This document shows, in pieces, positions 11,756 through 23,990 of a stretch of 64,000 bases of DNA. The notes under the pieces are model-generated. The model did no database searches. It was not told the DNA's origin and worked only from the letters and a program-made list of their open reading frames with translations. This DNA comes from Candidatus Latescibacterota bacterium. Lineage in GTDB: Bacteria; Latescibacterota; UBA2968; UBA8231. Made by a program: the position numbers and the translations under genes. Location of the stretch: positions 3,776,001-3,840,000 of the forward strand of contig OZ242005.1 of the NCBI GenBank assembly GCA_965204725.1, given 5' to 3'. The first letter of the stretch is position 1; each line of letters begins with the position of its first letter.

Positions 11756-12514
11756 TTATTTCTCCGCTCGCGGAGCGCGTAGGACAAAGTGAACGCGGTC
11801 CGATTCCTCGGTCCCCTCGTCAAAGGTGAAACCGTCAAAGAACGCGAGCAACTCCCAAGGACTCGCCTCGACGCGGGCGGCGACCGCAGCGACCCGGTAG
11901 ATGCGCTGAACATGGGTTTCCTCTAGCGCGACGTCGCTCCCGTCGCGGCGGATGCGGAAGTGGTTGCTCTGTAGCCGCCGGTCTGGGTCGTAGATGCTGT
12001 GCCGCTCGTAGGAAAAACCCGGCCCCCGCTCGCTGGTGCGCATATTGCGGAAGTAGCGCAGCGAGTTACGCTCGGTGCAGACGTCAAAGACGAAAAGCCC
12101 ACCCGGCTGCACAATGGCATGCACACCGCGCAGGGCCGCGTCGAGGTCGGCAGGTGAGAGCAGGTAGTTGAAGCTGTCGTACAGGCAAGTGGCCGCGTCA
12201 AAAGGGCCTAGGCCCGCTAGCTGGCGCAAGTCCTGCTCGATGAACTCGACATCGGTGCCGGCGGCCTTTTCGCGGGCGACTTGCAGCATGGCCTCGGAGC
12301 GGTCCACGCCCGTTACCTCATAGCCGAGGCGGTGGAGCGCGAAAGACACGTTGCCGGTGCCGCAGGCCAAGTCCGCGACGCGGATGGCGTTTGGGGCAAA
12401 GCGGGCGAAGATCGCGTGGATGTAAGCGGCCCACGCGCCGTAATCGACGTGGGCCATTACATAGTCGTAAATCGGGGCTAGCCCTTGATAGGGTGCTTGC
12501 GCGGCGTTACCCAC
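11756..12514 (-). CDS. Class I SAM-dependent methyltransferase
   Basis: DLACGTG, GVDRSEAML, CLYDSFNYL, PGGLFVFD. Confidence 0.9.
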   Translation of the reverse strand: MGNAAQAPYQGLAPIYDYVMAHVDYGAWAAYIHAIFARFAPNAIRVADLACGTGNVSFALHRLGYEVTGVDRSEAMLQVAREKAAGTDVEFIEQDLRQLAGLGPFDAATCLYDSFNYLLSPADLDAALRGVHAIVQPGGLFVFDVCTERNSLRYFRNMRTSERGPGFSYERHSIYDPDRRLQSNHFRIRRDGSDVALEETHVQRIYRVAAVAARVEASPWELLAFFDGFTFDEGTEESDRVHFVLRAPRAEK

Positions 12515-12524
12515 AGGTCGCGTC

Positions 12525-12806
12525 CTAAAAGCTCAAGTCTTCGTACGGGTCGCGGTATTCTTCGCGGAGGATCCGATAAAAGCGGCCGCGGTCCCGCCGG
12601 GCGGGCGGGCGCTCTGGGAGGCCGAGGACCTCGATGTCGAGCAGGCGGGTGGGCGTGGCAATGTGGATCTGCTCGCCCACGACCACGGCGTGGGAAGCCT
12701 TCGCCTGCTGGCCGCCGATCTGAACTCGCCCGGCGTCGCAGGCCCGCTTGGCTTCACTGCGCTGCTTGATCAGCCCCGTGTTCTTCAGAAATATATCCAG
12801 TCGCAT
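12525..12806 (-). CDS. S4 RNA-binding domain protein (Hsp15/YabO-like)
   Basis: MRLDIFLK..GLIKQRSEAKRACDAGRV..GG..AKAS. Confidence 0.9.
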   Translation of the reverse strand: MRLDIFLKNTGLIKQRSEAKRACDAGRVQIGGQQAKASHAVVVGEQIHIATPTRLLDIEVLGLPERPPARRDRGRFYRILREEYRDPYEDLSF

Positions 12807-14091
12807 CCCGTACTGGTCGGCGCAAGTTCTCCTCGTCGAGCCGAACCTCGATGTGGATTTGCTGCCGGTATTCGTCGATTAGTTGGCGCATGGCCTCTTC
12901 GGTGCGGATTTCGCGGATTAGGCCCTCGATCGCGGCTTGGTCGTCGTTGATTTTGACGAGGTAGCCCCCATCGTCCAGAAAGAAAGGCTCGCTAACGCCG
13001 CCCAGCTTGAGGTTGCGGAGGTACGGCTGGAGGAAGGGGGGAATCTGGTCCTTGGGGAAGGTCCCCCACAGGCCCCCCTGCATGGCCGTCTGCGGGTTGG
13101 CCGAATAGAGGCGAGCGAGCTGGGAAAACTCCTCGCTGTTCAGGGCGCGGCGGCGCAAATCCGCTAGCGTTTCCCGTGTGCGGGCTTGGTCGCTTTCCGA
13201 GGTTTTGGCCAAAACGAGGATGTGGCTGGCGCAGATGGAGGTTTCGCGTTTTTCGCGCACCTGTATCAGGTGGTAGCCGTACGGGCTCAAAACCGGCTCG
13301 CTCGTCTGGCCCGGCTTGAGGGCGAAGGCCGCTTCCTCAAACTCGGGCACCAAAGTCCGCGGCGCGAAACAGCCCAAGTCGCCGCCGAGAGAGGCGCTGC
13401 CGGGGTCTTCAGAGTGGGCGCGGGCTATGGCGGCAAAGTCGCCACCAGCCGCTAGCAGGGCTTGAATCTCTTCGATCCGCGCCCGTTTCTCTTTTAGCAC
13501 CTCATCGCTGGGCTGGACCTTGAGCAGAATGTGGCTGAGCGAGATTTGGGAAGGTAAGGTGTCTTGGTATGCGCTGCGGAACGCCTCTACATCGCGGTGG
13601 CTGACGTGTACCCGATACGAGACAAAGGCGCGCATCTGGCGCGAGAGCAGGCGGTGGCGGATTTCCTTGCGGTAGCGAGCCTTGAGTTGGCGCTCGCTCA
13701 AGCCCACGCGCGCTAGCATTTTCTCGAATTCTCCGTCGTCCATGCTGCTCTTGGCCATCTGGAACTGCTGGCCGAGCATTTCCTCGACTTCGGATGGATC
13801 AATCTGAATGCTGTCCTGCTTGGCCTTGAGAACCAGTACTTGCTCGTCGATCATGGCGTTGAGAATCGCGCGGCGCTCGGCCGCCAACTCCGCGGATTCG
13901 ACGAAGAGCGAGAGCCCGCGCTGCTCGGCCTCAAAGCGCAGCCGATAGTTGAGCTCAGACCAGAGGATCGTGTGATTGTCAACGGTGGCGACGATGCGGT
14001 CAATGAGTTCGGGCAAAGCCCCCGCGCGCGGCGCGATGCACAGGGTGAGGCAGAGCGTTAATAGCAGGCGATTTGGCGAATGCAGTGGCAT
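12754..14091 (-). CDS. surA: SurA-like peptidyl-prolyl isomerase
   Basis: Signal peptide, IDRIVATVDN, two parvulin domains (HILL, SEDPGSA..GGDLG, VPEFEEAAF). Confidence 0.85.
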   Translation of the reverse strand: MPLHSPNRLLLTLCLTLCIAPRAGALPELIDRIVATVDNHTILWSELNYRLRFEAEQRGLSLFVESAELAAERRAILNAMIDEQVLVLKAKQDSIQIDPSEVEEMLGQQFQMAKSSMDDGEFEKMLARVGLSERQLKARYRKEIRHRLLSRQMRAFVSYRVHVSHRDVEAFRSAYQDTLPSQISLSHILLKVQPSDEVLKEKRARIEEIQALLAAGGDFAAIARAHSEDPGSASLGGDLGCFAPRTLVPEFEEAAFALKPGQTSEPVLSPYGYHLIQVREKRETSICASHILVLAKTSESDQARTRETLADLRRRALNSEEFSQLARLYSANPQTAMQGGLWGTFPKDQIPPFLQPYLRNLKLGGVSEPFFLDDGGYLVKINDDQAAIEGLIREIRTEEAMRQLIDEYRQQIHIEVRLDEENLRRPVRDATGYISEEHGADQAAQ

Positions 14092-14093
14092 AC

Positions 14094-14915
14094 TCAGGGG
14101 GGGGTGGGGGCTGCGATAGCCCAGTCGGCAGAGTCTTTGAGTTTGGCGACGAGTTGGTCGAGCTGAGATTGATGATGCGCGCGCACGAGTGCCGCAACGA
14201 TCTGAGAGCGCACTTGCGCGAGGTCGCGGATCGTGCCAACCTCGCAGTGCTCTAGGATCTGGATGAGATGGTAGCCGTACTCTGTGTATATCGGCTCGGA
14301 GATGCGATTGAGCGGCAGGTCTTGGCACACGGCCCATAGCACGGGATTTTCTGCTTCGGAGAAATAGCCCAGCTCACCGCCCTGGTTGCGGGTAGCGTCG
14401 TCGTGCGAGTACTTGCGGGCCACCTCGGCAAAACTCTCGCCGCGCTGGCGCAGAGTTTGGCGCTGGGCGTTGGCCTCGCGCTGGCTGGTCAAGAGGATGT
14501 GCCGCGCCCGAATCTCGGGGTGAAGCCGGCGAAAATCGGCTTGATGCGCGTCGTAGTAGCGGCGAATAGCGGCCTCGCCGAAAGCGAGCTCCCGGTCTTG
14601 AAACTCGGCGTCGAGCAGGGCCGCTATTAGCAGGTCGCGCCGCATCTGCGCTAGGAGCGTTTTGAGCCGCGTCTGCTGATGAAGCCCGCGGGCGAGCGCT
14701 TCCTGATAGATCAACTCTTGGCGCACCCAGTCCTCAATGAGCTGCGCTCGCTCGCCTTCGGTTAAATCGGCACTGGGGCGCAGAGCGAGCTGGCTCGTCA
14801 GCTCGCTTTCCGTGAGCACGGCGTCGCCAACGCGGGCGACGATGTCGCGGGTGCCCGACGGTTCACAGCCGAATAGGGCGCTGAGCGCGAGGGCGCTGGC
14901 AAGCAGGGTTTTCAG
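14094..14915 (-). CDS. Parvulin-type PPIase lipoprotein (PrsA/PpiC-like); probable CTG start
   Basis: LFGC lipobox, IRARHILL, YSHDDATRNQGGELG, YGYHLI; GGAGG 7 nt before CTG overlapping mfd TGA. Confidence 0.82.
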   Translation of the reverse strand: MKTLLASALALSALFGCEPSGTRDIVARVGDAVLTESELTSQLALRPSADLTEGERAQLIEDWVRQELIYQEALARGLHQQTRLKTLLAQMRRDLLIAALLDAEFQDRELAFGEAAIRRYYDAHQADFRRLHPEIRARHILLTSQREANAQRQTLRQRGESFAEVARKYSHDDATRNQGGELGYFSEAENPVLWAVCQDLPLNRISEPIYTEYGYHLIQILEHCEVGTIRDLAQVRSQIVAALVRAHHQSQLDQLVAKLKDSADWAIAAPTPP

Positions 14916-17900
14916 AGGATTTCCTCCAAAATGTTGTGCGCCTTTTTTAAGCGCTCTATCTCGTCGCGGCCCGGCACCCGAGCCTCGACCCTGAACTGAT
15001 CGCCCAAGTCGAAGTCTAGCTGGGTGGAACACTGCTCCACCATCTTCTGAATATCGGCCGGTGAGACTGGCCGGTCTGGCAGAAAGGCGAGGCGAAAGCG
15101 GCTTTGCTCCAACTGGACGCTTTCAAGGCCGAGTTGGCGGGCCATGATCTTGATTTCCATGATGTGCATGAGTGCGTGCGCTGGCTGGGGCAGGCGTCCA
15201 AAGCGATCTTGCATCTCCTCGCGAATATCCAAAAGATCGACGATGCGGCCGGCGTCGGCTAAGCGCTGATAAAATTCCATCTTTTGGTCTGGGTCGCGCA
15301 GATATTCATCTGGAATATAAGCCGAGACCGCAATTTTTATCTCGGGTTCGGGGCTGTCGGGTGCGTACTCGCCCTTGATTTCGCGCATGGCCTCGTCGAG
15401 CAAGCGGCAGTAGAGGTCAAAGCCGACCGCGGCGATAAACCCGTGTTGCTGCGCCCCCACTAGATTGCCGGCACCGCGGATCTCTAGATCGCGCATGGCG
15501 ATGTTGAATCCAGACCCTAAATCGGCAAATTCCTCAATGGCGCGCAGGCGCAGGCGGCTCTTCTTGGTCAGCTTCTTGCCCTTGGGCACCAGCAAATAGG
15601 CGTAGGCGCGCTCGTTGGAGCGGCCGACTCGGCCTCTGATTTGGTAGAGTTGGCTCAGGCCCAGCGCGTCGGCGCGGTTGACGATGATGGTGTTGACCGA
15701 AGGGATGTCGATACCCGATTCAATGATCATAGTGCAGACTAAACAATCGTACTTTCGTTCCAAGAAATCGACCATGACCTTCTCTAGCTGCCTAGGGGGC
15801 ATCTGCCCGTGGGCGACGCCAAAGCGCACCTGTGGCAGAAGGTCTTGCAGGTATTCCTTGAGCCGCTGAATCGACTGTACTCGGTTGTGGACGAAATAGA
15901 CTTGACCGCCGCGCTCGACCTCGCGGTGGATGGCCTCGGCAATGCGGGCCTCGTCAAAGGCTAGTATCTCGGTGTGAATGGGCAGGCGGTCCTGCGGCGG
16001 GGTGTTGATCACCGACATGTCCCGAGCACCCATCATCGACATGTGTAAGGTGCGCGGAATCGGGGTCGCCGTCAGGGTCAGCACATCGACGAGCCGCTTT
16101 AGCTGCTTGAGCCGTTCCTTGTGGCGGACCCCAAAGCGCTGCTCCTCATCGACGATCAAAAGCCCTAAGTCGCGGAAGCGAATGTCCTTGGAGAGGATGC
16201 GATGGGTGCCGATGAGCACATCGACTTGGCCGTTTTTGACGGCGCGGAGGATCTGCTGTTGTTCCTTGGGCGAGCGGAAGCGGCTGAGTACCTCGACCCG
16301 CGCTGGGGTGTGCCCCATGCGTTCGGAGAAGGTCTGGTGGTGCTGCTCGGCGAGAATGGTGGTGGGCACCAGCACGGCGGTCTGCTTGTGGTCGCAAACG
16401 GCCTTGAAGGCCGCGCGCACGGCGATTTCGGTCTTGCCATAGCCTACATCGCCGCAGACTAAGCGATCCATCGGATGCGGCGTTTCCATGTCATTTTTGA
16501 CTTCTTCCATGGTGCGTAACTGGTCGGGCGTCTCTTGGAAGGGAAAGGCCGCCTCTAACTCGCGGTGCAGAGTTCCATCGGCTGAGAACACAAAGCCGGG
16601 CCTTGCCTTGCGCTCGGCGTAGAGGTGTACCAACTCGCTGGCCATTTTGAAGATCTCTTTGCGTGTGCGCTCCTTGAGCTTTTCCCAAGCGGCGCTGCCC
16701 AGCTTGTTGAGCATGGGTATCTCGCCGTCGGCACTGGAATACTTGCGCAAGCGATCGAGCTGTTCGACCGGGACGAAGACGCGGTCTTGGTCCTGATAGG
16801 CCACGACGAGGCAATCGTGCTCGCGCCCGCCGATTCGCAGGCGGCGGATGCCCGAGTAGCGGCCAATGCCGTGGTCGATGTGAACGACGAAATCGCCGCG
16901 CTGCAAGGCGCCGTAGTTGGCGATGGACTGGGCGGAGCGGAACCTGCGGTAGCGGTAGCGGCGCTTCTGGCGGCTGAAGATCTCGTGGTCGTTGAGCAGG
17001 GCTAGCTGGGCTTGCGGAAAGATGAAGCCTCGATGCAGCGAACCCAAGCCGAAGTGGATCTCGGGGCAATCGGCGAACACCTCTTGTAAGCGGCTCGCCT
17101 GCCCTTTGGTCTCGCAGCGGATGTGGATGGCGTAGGACTCGGCTGCGAGTCGGTCCATTTCCTGCTGGAGGAGGGCGCGCTCGCCGGCAAAGCTGCGCGG
17201 CGTCGTGGCCTCGAAGCGGACAGCGTTGTCGAGCTGGCCCAAGGGGGCTGGCTCGAGCCGGGTGCGGTGGTCTAGCTGCGCGATGAGCCAATCCCGGTCG
17301 CGCAGGAGTGCGGACGGAGGCAGCCGCGATTCCTTTTGCCGCGACCGTTCGTACTCTTGGCGCGGCTTTGCTAGGGCCTTGTCGAGGGCTGCGGCGATGT
17401 CCTCGCGCTCCGCCAAAAAGAGCACCGGCTCCTTGAGGTACTCGAAAAGCCCGTCGTCGCGGCCGTAGAGGAGGGACATGTAGCACTCAATGCCGTCGAG
17501 CGACTCGCCGAACTCCAGCTGGTCTTTCAGCGGCGCGAGGGCTTCGGCCGCGTCAGCGGCCTCAATCCGCTGGAGATAATCTTCGTAAAAGGGGGAATCG
17601 AGCAGCACCTCGCGCGCCGGCAGCACCCAAGCCTCTTCGCAGGTGCTCAGCGAGCGCTGAGTGCCGACGTCAAAGTGGCGGATGGATTCGATCTCGTCGC
17701 CGAAGAACTCGCAGCGGTAGGGGTGCTCAACGCCAAAAGGGTATATGTCGAGGATGCCGCCGCGCAGGCTGAACTGACCGATGCCGTCGATGGCCGCGAC
17801 GCGATCAAAGCCACAGGCGACCCAGTGCGAGCAGAGTGCGTCGAGGTCTCGTTCCTCCCCTACCTTGAGGAGCTCAGTGCCCAATTCGAGGGCATGGGGC

Positions 17901-18310
17901 GGAATTAGCGGATTGAGCAGCGCCGAGGCCGGGGCGACGACGAGGGCCGGTCCGCCGCGCATGAGCCGATCGGCCGCGGCCACGCGCAAGCTGGTAATTT
18001 CGAGGTCTGGGGACTGCCGGTCGTAGATTCCAGTGTCCCAAGCGGGGAAGTAATAGACCATCTGCTCGCCGGCAATGACTTGGAGGTCGTCGCGCCACTG
18101 CTCGGCCTGATCTTCGTCGGCCGCGACGATGAAGACGGGGCGCTCAAAGGCCGTGCGAATGTGACTGGCGAGAAACGCGGCTAGGGTTGTAGGCAACCCG
18201 TGGAAGAGGATGTGTTGCTCGCCATTCGCAAGCCGGGCCGCGGCCTCTTTGAAGCTATTCGTCTGAGAGGTCAGGCGAACGATGTGGTCGAGTGAATGGG
18301 CCGAATCCAT
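14912..18310 (-). CDS. mfd: Transcription-repair coupling factor
   Basis: RGGILDI, VHIDHGIG CarD-like, GDVGYGKT, DEEQRFG, QIRGRVGR, TRCF C-terminus. Confidence 0.98.
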   Translation of the reverse strand: MDSAHSLDHIVRLTSQTNSFKEAAARLANGEQHILFHGLPTTLAAFLASHIRTAFERPVFIVAADEDQAEQWRDDLQVIAGEQMVYYFPAWDTGIYDRQSPDLEITSLRVAAADRLMRGGPALVVAPASALLNPLIPPHALELGTELLKVGEERDLDALCSHWVACGFDRVAAIDGIGQFSLRGGILDIYPFGVEHPYRCEFFGDEIESIRHFDVGTQRSLSTCEEAWVLPAREVLLDSPFYEDYLQRIEAADAAEALAPLKDQLEFGESLDGIECYMSLLYGRDDGLFEYLKEPVLFLAEREDIAAALDKALAKPRQEYERSRQKESRLPPSALLRDRDWLIAQLDHRTRLEPAPLGQLDNAVRFEATTPRSFAGERALLQQEMDRLAAESYAIHIRCETKGQASRLQEVFADCPEIHFGLGSLHRGFIFPQAQLALLNDHEIFSRQKRRYRYRRFRSAQSIANYGALQRGDFVVHIDHGIGRYSGIRRLRIGGREHDCLVVAYQDQDRVFVPVEQLDRLRKYSSADGEIPMLNKLGSAAWEKLKERTRKEIFKMASELVHLYAERKARPGFVFSADGTLHRELEAAFPFQETPDQLRTMEEVKNDMETPHPMDRLVCGDVGYGKTEIAVRAAFKAVCDHKQTAVLVPTTILAEQHHQTFSERMGHTPARVEVLSRFRSPKEQQQILRAVKNGQVDVLIGTHRILSKDIRFRDLGLLIVDEEQRFGVRHKERLKQLKRLVDVLTLTATPIPRTLHMSMMGARDMSVINTPPQDRLPIHTEILAFDEARIAEAIHREVERGGQVYFVHNRVQSIQRLKEYLQDLLPQVRFGVAHGQMPPRQLEKVMVDFLERKYDCLVCTMIIESGIDIPSVNTIIVNRADALGLSQLYQIRGRVGRSNERAYAYLLVPKGKKLTKKSRLRLRAIEEFADLGSGFNIAMRDLEIRGAGNLVGAQQHGFIAAVGFDLYCRLLDEAMREIKGEYAPDSPEPEIKIAVSAYIPDEYLRDPDQKMEFYQRLADAGRIVDLLDIREEMQDRFGRLPQPAHALMHIMEIKIMARQLGLESVQLEQSRFRLAFLPDRPVSPADIQKMVEQCSTQLDFDLGDQFRVEARVPGRDEIERLKKAHNILEEIL

Positions 18311-18389
18311 TCCGTTCTCAACGTGCTATTAGAGCAGTTTATTCAGCGAAAACAGCCGAGGTAGGGCCTGTCCGCAGCCGAGCAATCCG

Positions 18390-18428
18390 AAAAAAAGGGT
18401 CTGCGACGGCATGTCGTAAACCCTTTCT
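18390..18428 (-). terminator. Intrinsic terminator downstream of tRNA-Ala
   Basis: Imperfect AAAGGGT..CGAC/GTCG..ACCCTTT stem followed by T-run on minus strand. Confidence 0.7.
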
Positions 18429-18442
18429 ACCTGACAGTATCA

Positions 18443-18518
18443 TGGTGGAGCTGAGGGGAATCGAACCCCTGACCTCCTGAATGCCATTCAGGCGCTCTCC
18501 CAACTGAGCTACAGCCCC
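18443..18518 (-). tRNA. tRNA-Ala (GGC)
   Basis: GGGGCTGTAGCTCAGTTGGGAGAGCGCCTGAATGGCATTCAGGAGGTCAGGGGTTCGATTCCCCTCAGCTCCACCA; 76 nt, encoded CCA, G3:U70. Confidence 0.98.
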
Positions 18519-18569
18519 ATAAGGGTAAACAAGATAAGCAATCTCCCTCTACATCGTCAAGGAGTCGAG

Positions 18570-19034
18570 TTAAGGCACAGCCGCTTTCAGCCTAAGCCAC
18601 GTGTGGCCGCGCCGAGCCTCCACTTGCACCTCGGCCCCAAAGTCTGCGAGGTGGGCATCAACGTAGGCGTCGGTAGCGGCCAAGGCGACCGAGAGCGCGA
18701 AATAGAGCAGGCGATTGTTGCGGCGGGTGATGTGGTCTTGGTGTTGCTCGGGCGTAAGCGAGGGGCGGATGCGGCGATGTTCGACCACAACTGCGGCGAG
18801 GGCGGTTGCACTCGCCGCCCCGAAGAACAGCCCTTTGACAGGGCGGCCGTTATAAAACTGTCCCCAGCCGGGCAGCACTGCCGAGCGCAGGAGCGCGCCA
18901 TGGGCCGAAGGCAGCGCGTCGGTGCGAGTCGAATCGGTACTGGCCTTTGTGGCGGCGGCCGGTCGTCCAGCGAACAGGGCGAGGAGCAGGCTAGCCCAGC
19001 CGCATACCAGCCGCAATCGGGTAGCCCCGGACAA
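18570..19034 (-). CDS. DUF5683-like membrane protein
   Basis: ALLRSAVLPGWGQFYN...K; DAYVDAHLADF; start uncertain. Confidence 0.75.
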   Translation of the reverse strand: MSGATRLRLVCGWASLLLALFAGRPAAATKASTDSTRTDALPSAHGALLRSAVLPGWGQFYNGRPVKGLFFGAASATALAAVVVEHRRIRPSLTPEQHQDHITRRNNRLLYFALSVALAATDAYVDAHLADFGAEVQVEARRGHTWLRLKAAVP

Positions 19035-19914
19035 AGGCCGTTCCTTCCATGGCGGCTTTGCCCGCCGGTTGTACTTGGGTTAGTTGTAAGGCGCCCTCGC
19101 CGCAGGCCAAGGTTAAACCTCGGCGGCCATCGGCGCAGAGTACGGTACCGGGAGTGCCGCCGCCCGTAGCGTGCTGAGTTCGGTGTACTTTGAGCGTTTT
19201 GCCCTGCCAGTGGGTATAGGCCCCGGGCGCGGGGTTCATGCTGCGGACGAGGTTGCGGACCCGCTCGGCGGGTTGGCCCCAGTCAATCCGGCTGTCCTCT
19301 TTGGTCAGCTTGGGGGCACAACTGACGCCGTCCGCGCTTTGGGGCTGTCCGGTGAGGCGGCCGTCTTCTAGCCCATCAACGGTCTCCACGACCATATCGG
19401 CACCCTCCACACACAAGCGGGCCTCCAGCTCACCGGCCGTCTCAGCGCAGCCGATGGCAAAGCGGCGCTGGAGCAGGATATGCCCTGCGTCAATGCGCGG
19501 GCTGAGTTGGAAAGTAGTGATGCCGGTCTCCTGCTCGCCATTGGCTATCGCCCAGATAATGGGGGCCGCGCCGCGATACGCTGGCAAGAGCGAGGGATGT
19601 AGATTGATTGAGCCGAGGCGGGGAATGGCGAGTAGGGGGCGGGGCAGGATTGAAAAGGCGACGACGACAAAGAGGTCGGGCGGCCGGGCGGCCAGTGTTG
19701 CGGCTAGCGTGGGATCTTTGATCGTGGCCGGTTGCAGCACTTCTAATCCGAGCTGTAGCGCTTGTTCTTTGACCGGCGGACTGGCAAGCTGACGCCCTCG
19801 CCCTTGGGGGCGGTCGGGATTGGTGACCACGGCGATGATCTGGTGGCGGCTGTGGGCGAGGGCCTTTAAGGAGGGAACCGCAAAGCTAGGGGTTCCCATA
19901 AACACGACCCGCAC
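18991..19914 (-). CDS. fmt: Methionyl-tRNA formyltransferase
   Basis: VFMGTPSFA, NLHPSLLPAYRGAAPI, DAGHIL. Confidence 0.97.
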   Translation of the reverse strand: MRVVFMGTPSFAVPSLKALAHSRHQIIAVVTNPDRPQGRGRQLASPPVKEQALQLGLEVLQPATIKDPTLAATLAARPPDLFVVVAFSILPRPLLAIPRLGSINLHPSLLPAYRGAAPIIWAIANGEQETGITTFQLSPRIDAGHILLQRRFAIGCAETAGELEARLCVEGADMVVETVDGLEDGRLTGQPQSADGVSCAPKLTKEDSRIDWGQPAERVRNLVRSMNPAPGAYTHWQGKTLKVHRTQHATGGGTPGTVLCADGRRGLTLACGEGALQLTQVQPAGKAAMEGTAFVRGYPIAAGMRLG

Positions 19915-20261
19915 TACTTCCCCTTGCCGTCGGCGTCTTCTTTGTTTTTCACTCGGGAAACGGCCGCCCGCGAGATCTCGATCTTGACGTTGTCGGCGAT
20001 TTTGACCACGAGAATATCGTCTTTGATGTTGAGAATGGTGCCGTGAATTCCGCCGCTGGTGACGATTTTATCGTTTTTTTCGAGTTCGTCGATCATCCGC
20101 TGTTGGTTCCTCTGTTTTTTCATCTGCGGCCTCAATATCAAGAGGTAGAGAACCAAAAACATCAGCACAAAGGGGAGGAACTGAACGATGGGGTTGGGCT
20201 GTTGGCCGCCTTCGGCGGGTGCGCCGCCCATAGCGTAGGCAGTGGCGATGAGATCGAACAC
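19914..20261 (-). CDS. yajC: Preprotein translocase subunit YajC
   Basis: LYLLILRPQMKKQR, KIVTSGGIHGTI. Confidence 0.95.
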   Translation of the reverse strand: MFDLIATAYAMGGAPAEGGQQPNPIVQFLPFVLMFLVLYLLILRPQMKKQRNQQRMIDELEKNDKIVTSGGIHGTILNIKDDILVVKIADNVKIEISRAAVSRVKNKEDADGKGK

Positions 20262-20401
20262 GGATTAATTCCTTTCAGAAGAGTAAAACCTAGCAACTAA
20301 ATACCCGCGAGCGTTCAGAGTACGAGGCGGGAACGCCTTTGTCAAACCCTTTGACATTGCAGCATGGTCGCCGTTAAGATGGAGAGGTTGAGACAGGAGA
20401 A

Positions 20402-20971
20402 TTGGACATGAGCAGAAAAGGACCCAAGGCGCGGCCCAAGGGGCTAAACAAGTATCAGCGGGCGGCCTTTCGCCAAGGCGAACTGCGCGTGGGGCGCGAA
20501 GAGATTCAAGAGCTGTTGCTTATGTCGCGTAGCGCCGACCCAGACGATCGCTTACAGGCTGCGTCCTTTTTGTGCCCCTGCCACGTGCGTCGGAGCATAA
20601 ACGCGGTCTGGAAGGCACTCTATCGGATGCTCGAAGACCAAGATGTGCGGGTGCGCCGCGCCGCTTGGCACACGCTCGAAGACGGCGGCAAACCCGACGA
20701 CCCAGCCCTCGACGCGATCATAGAGCGGACCTTGGAGCGCGAGACCGACAAGCAAGTGCTCAATTTTGCGCGGCTGTTTTCCCAAGGGCGCGAAAAGCGC
20801 AAACAGGTCGAGTTCGAGGCAGCGGCAATGCCCGAGTATGCAGAGCGCGGCAAGTGCGATTTCTGCGGCGCGCGGCAGGTGCCGGTCAAGCGGGATTTTG
20901 CGACCGAACTCGATGTGGGCGGGGCGCGGCGGTTCGCCCTAGTATGCGCTCCCTGCGATCGAGCGGCCTGA
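20402..20971 (+). CDS. HEAT-repeat protein with CPCH and CxxC...CxxC motifs
   Basis: LYRMLEDQDVRVRRAAWHTL HEAT-like; AGGAG RBS; TTGACA upstream. Confidence 0.65.
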   Translation: MDMSRKGPKARPKGLNKYQRAAFRQGELRVGREEIQELLLMSRSADPDDRLQAASFLCPCHVRRSINAVWKALYRMLEDQDVRVRRAAWHTLEDGGKPDDPALDAIIERTLERETDKQVLNFARLFSQGREKRKQVEFEAAAMPEYAERGKCDFCGARQVPVKRDFATELDVGGARRFALVCAPCDRAA

Positions 20972-20980
20972 GCCGATGTT

Positions 20981-23229
<2,249 letters not shown>

Positions 23230-23233
23230 CGGC

Positions 23234-23899
23234 TCAGGGCGCGACTTGCTGCTTTAGAGCCGCCCAGCTAAAGGCGGTTGCCAAGGGCTTGCCGGCCTCG
23301 CCGCAGGAACCGGTCAAGGCATCGTTCTCCCAGCGGACGATCTTCCACAGGTTGTCGTCTGGGTCGAGGCGGAGCTTGTAGGTCATGTTCTGATCGACGC
23401 GGAAGCCATCGCCGTTCTCGTCGATCAGGGTCATCTGCACCCGGCCGTAAAATACCGCCCAATCTTCGTCTGGGTGGCCGTTGGGATCGCCGGGAAAGGC
23501 TTCCGGGTGTTCGTCCCCAAATTCTTGAAAGCGGCGAATAAGATCAAAGCTGTACTCAAAATTGCGATAGATGTCGAAAATACCCGGTCGCGATCCATCG
23601 CGGCTGCCGCCCATGATTTCCAGTTCTTCTTCCAAGTTGTTGAAGTACGCTACTTCGAGGAGACAATTTTTCTCGGTAAACAAGAAATCCTTATCGAGCA
23701 AGCTCTCGTAGAGCTCCGGGTCGCGGGTGTCCATGGCGCGGTCGAGATTGTCCATGAGTTGCTCGGGCGTTGTGGCCTCGGGGGCGGGTGGTTCCGGCGG
23801 CTCTAATTCGGCGGGAGGGATTTTATCAGCTCCAAAGGGGTTGTCGCAGGCACTCAGGGCGAGGAGGCCGCAAAAGCTCAAGAGGGCAAGTGATTTCAC
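23234..23899 (-). CDS. Hypothetical lipoprotein (NTF2-like fold inferred)
   Basis: LSAC lipobox; TTPEQLMDNL, DFLF, WKIVRWE, SWAALK. Confidence 0.7.
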   Translation of the reverse strand: MKSLALLSFCGLLALSACDNPFGADKIPPAELEPPEPPAPEATTPEQLMDNLDRAMDTRDPELYESLLDKDFLFTEKNCLLEVAYFNNLEEELEIMGGSRDGSRPGIFDIYRNFEYSFDLIRRFQEFGDEHPEAFPGDPNGHPDEDWAVFYGRVQMTLIDENGDGFRVDQNMTYKLRLDPDDNLWKIVRWENDALTGSCGEAGKPLATAFSWAALKQQVAP

Positions 23900-23990
23900 G
23901 GTTGTACTCCATTTCGTTACGGGGTTCGTTGTGCTACTTACAATATACATTATTCGAGAAGTATAGGAGAATTAGGAACGCGCCGAGCGT

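Noticed and set aside
18443-18518. tRNA-Ala as an integration site
   Set aside because: Flanked by housekeeping genes; no integrase or duplicated 3' end seen.
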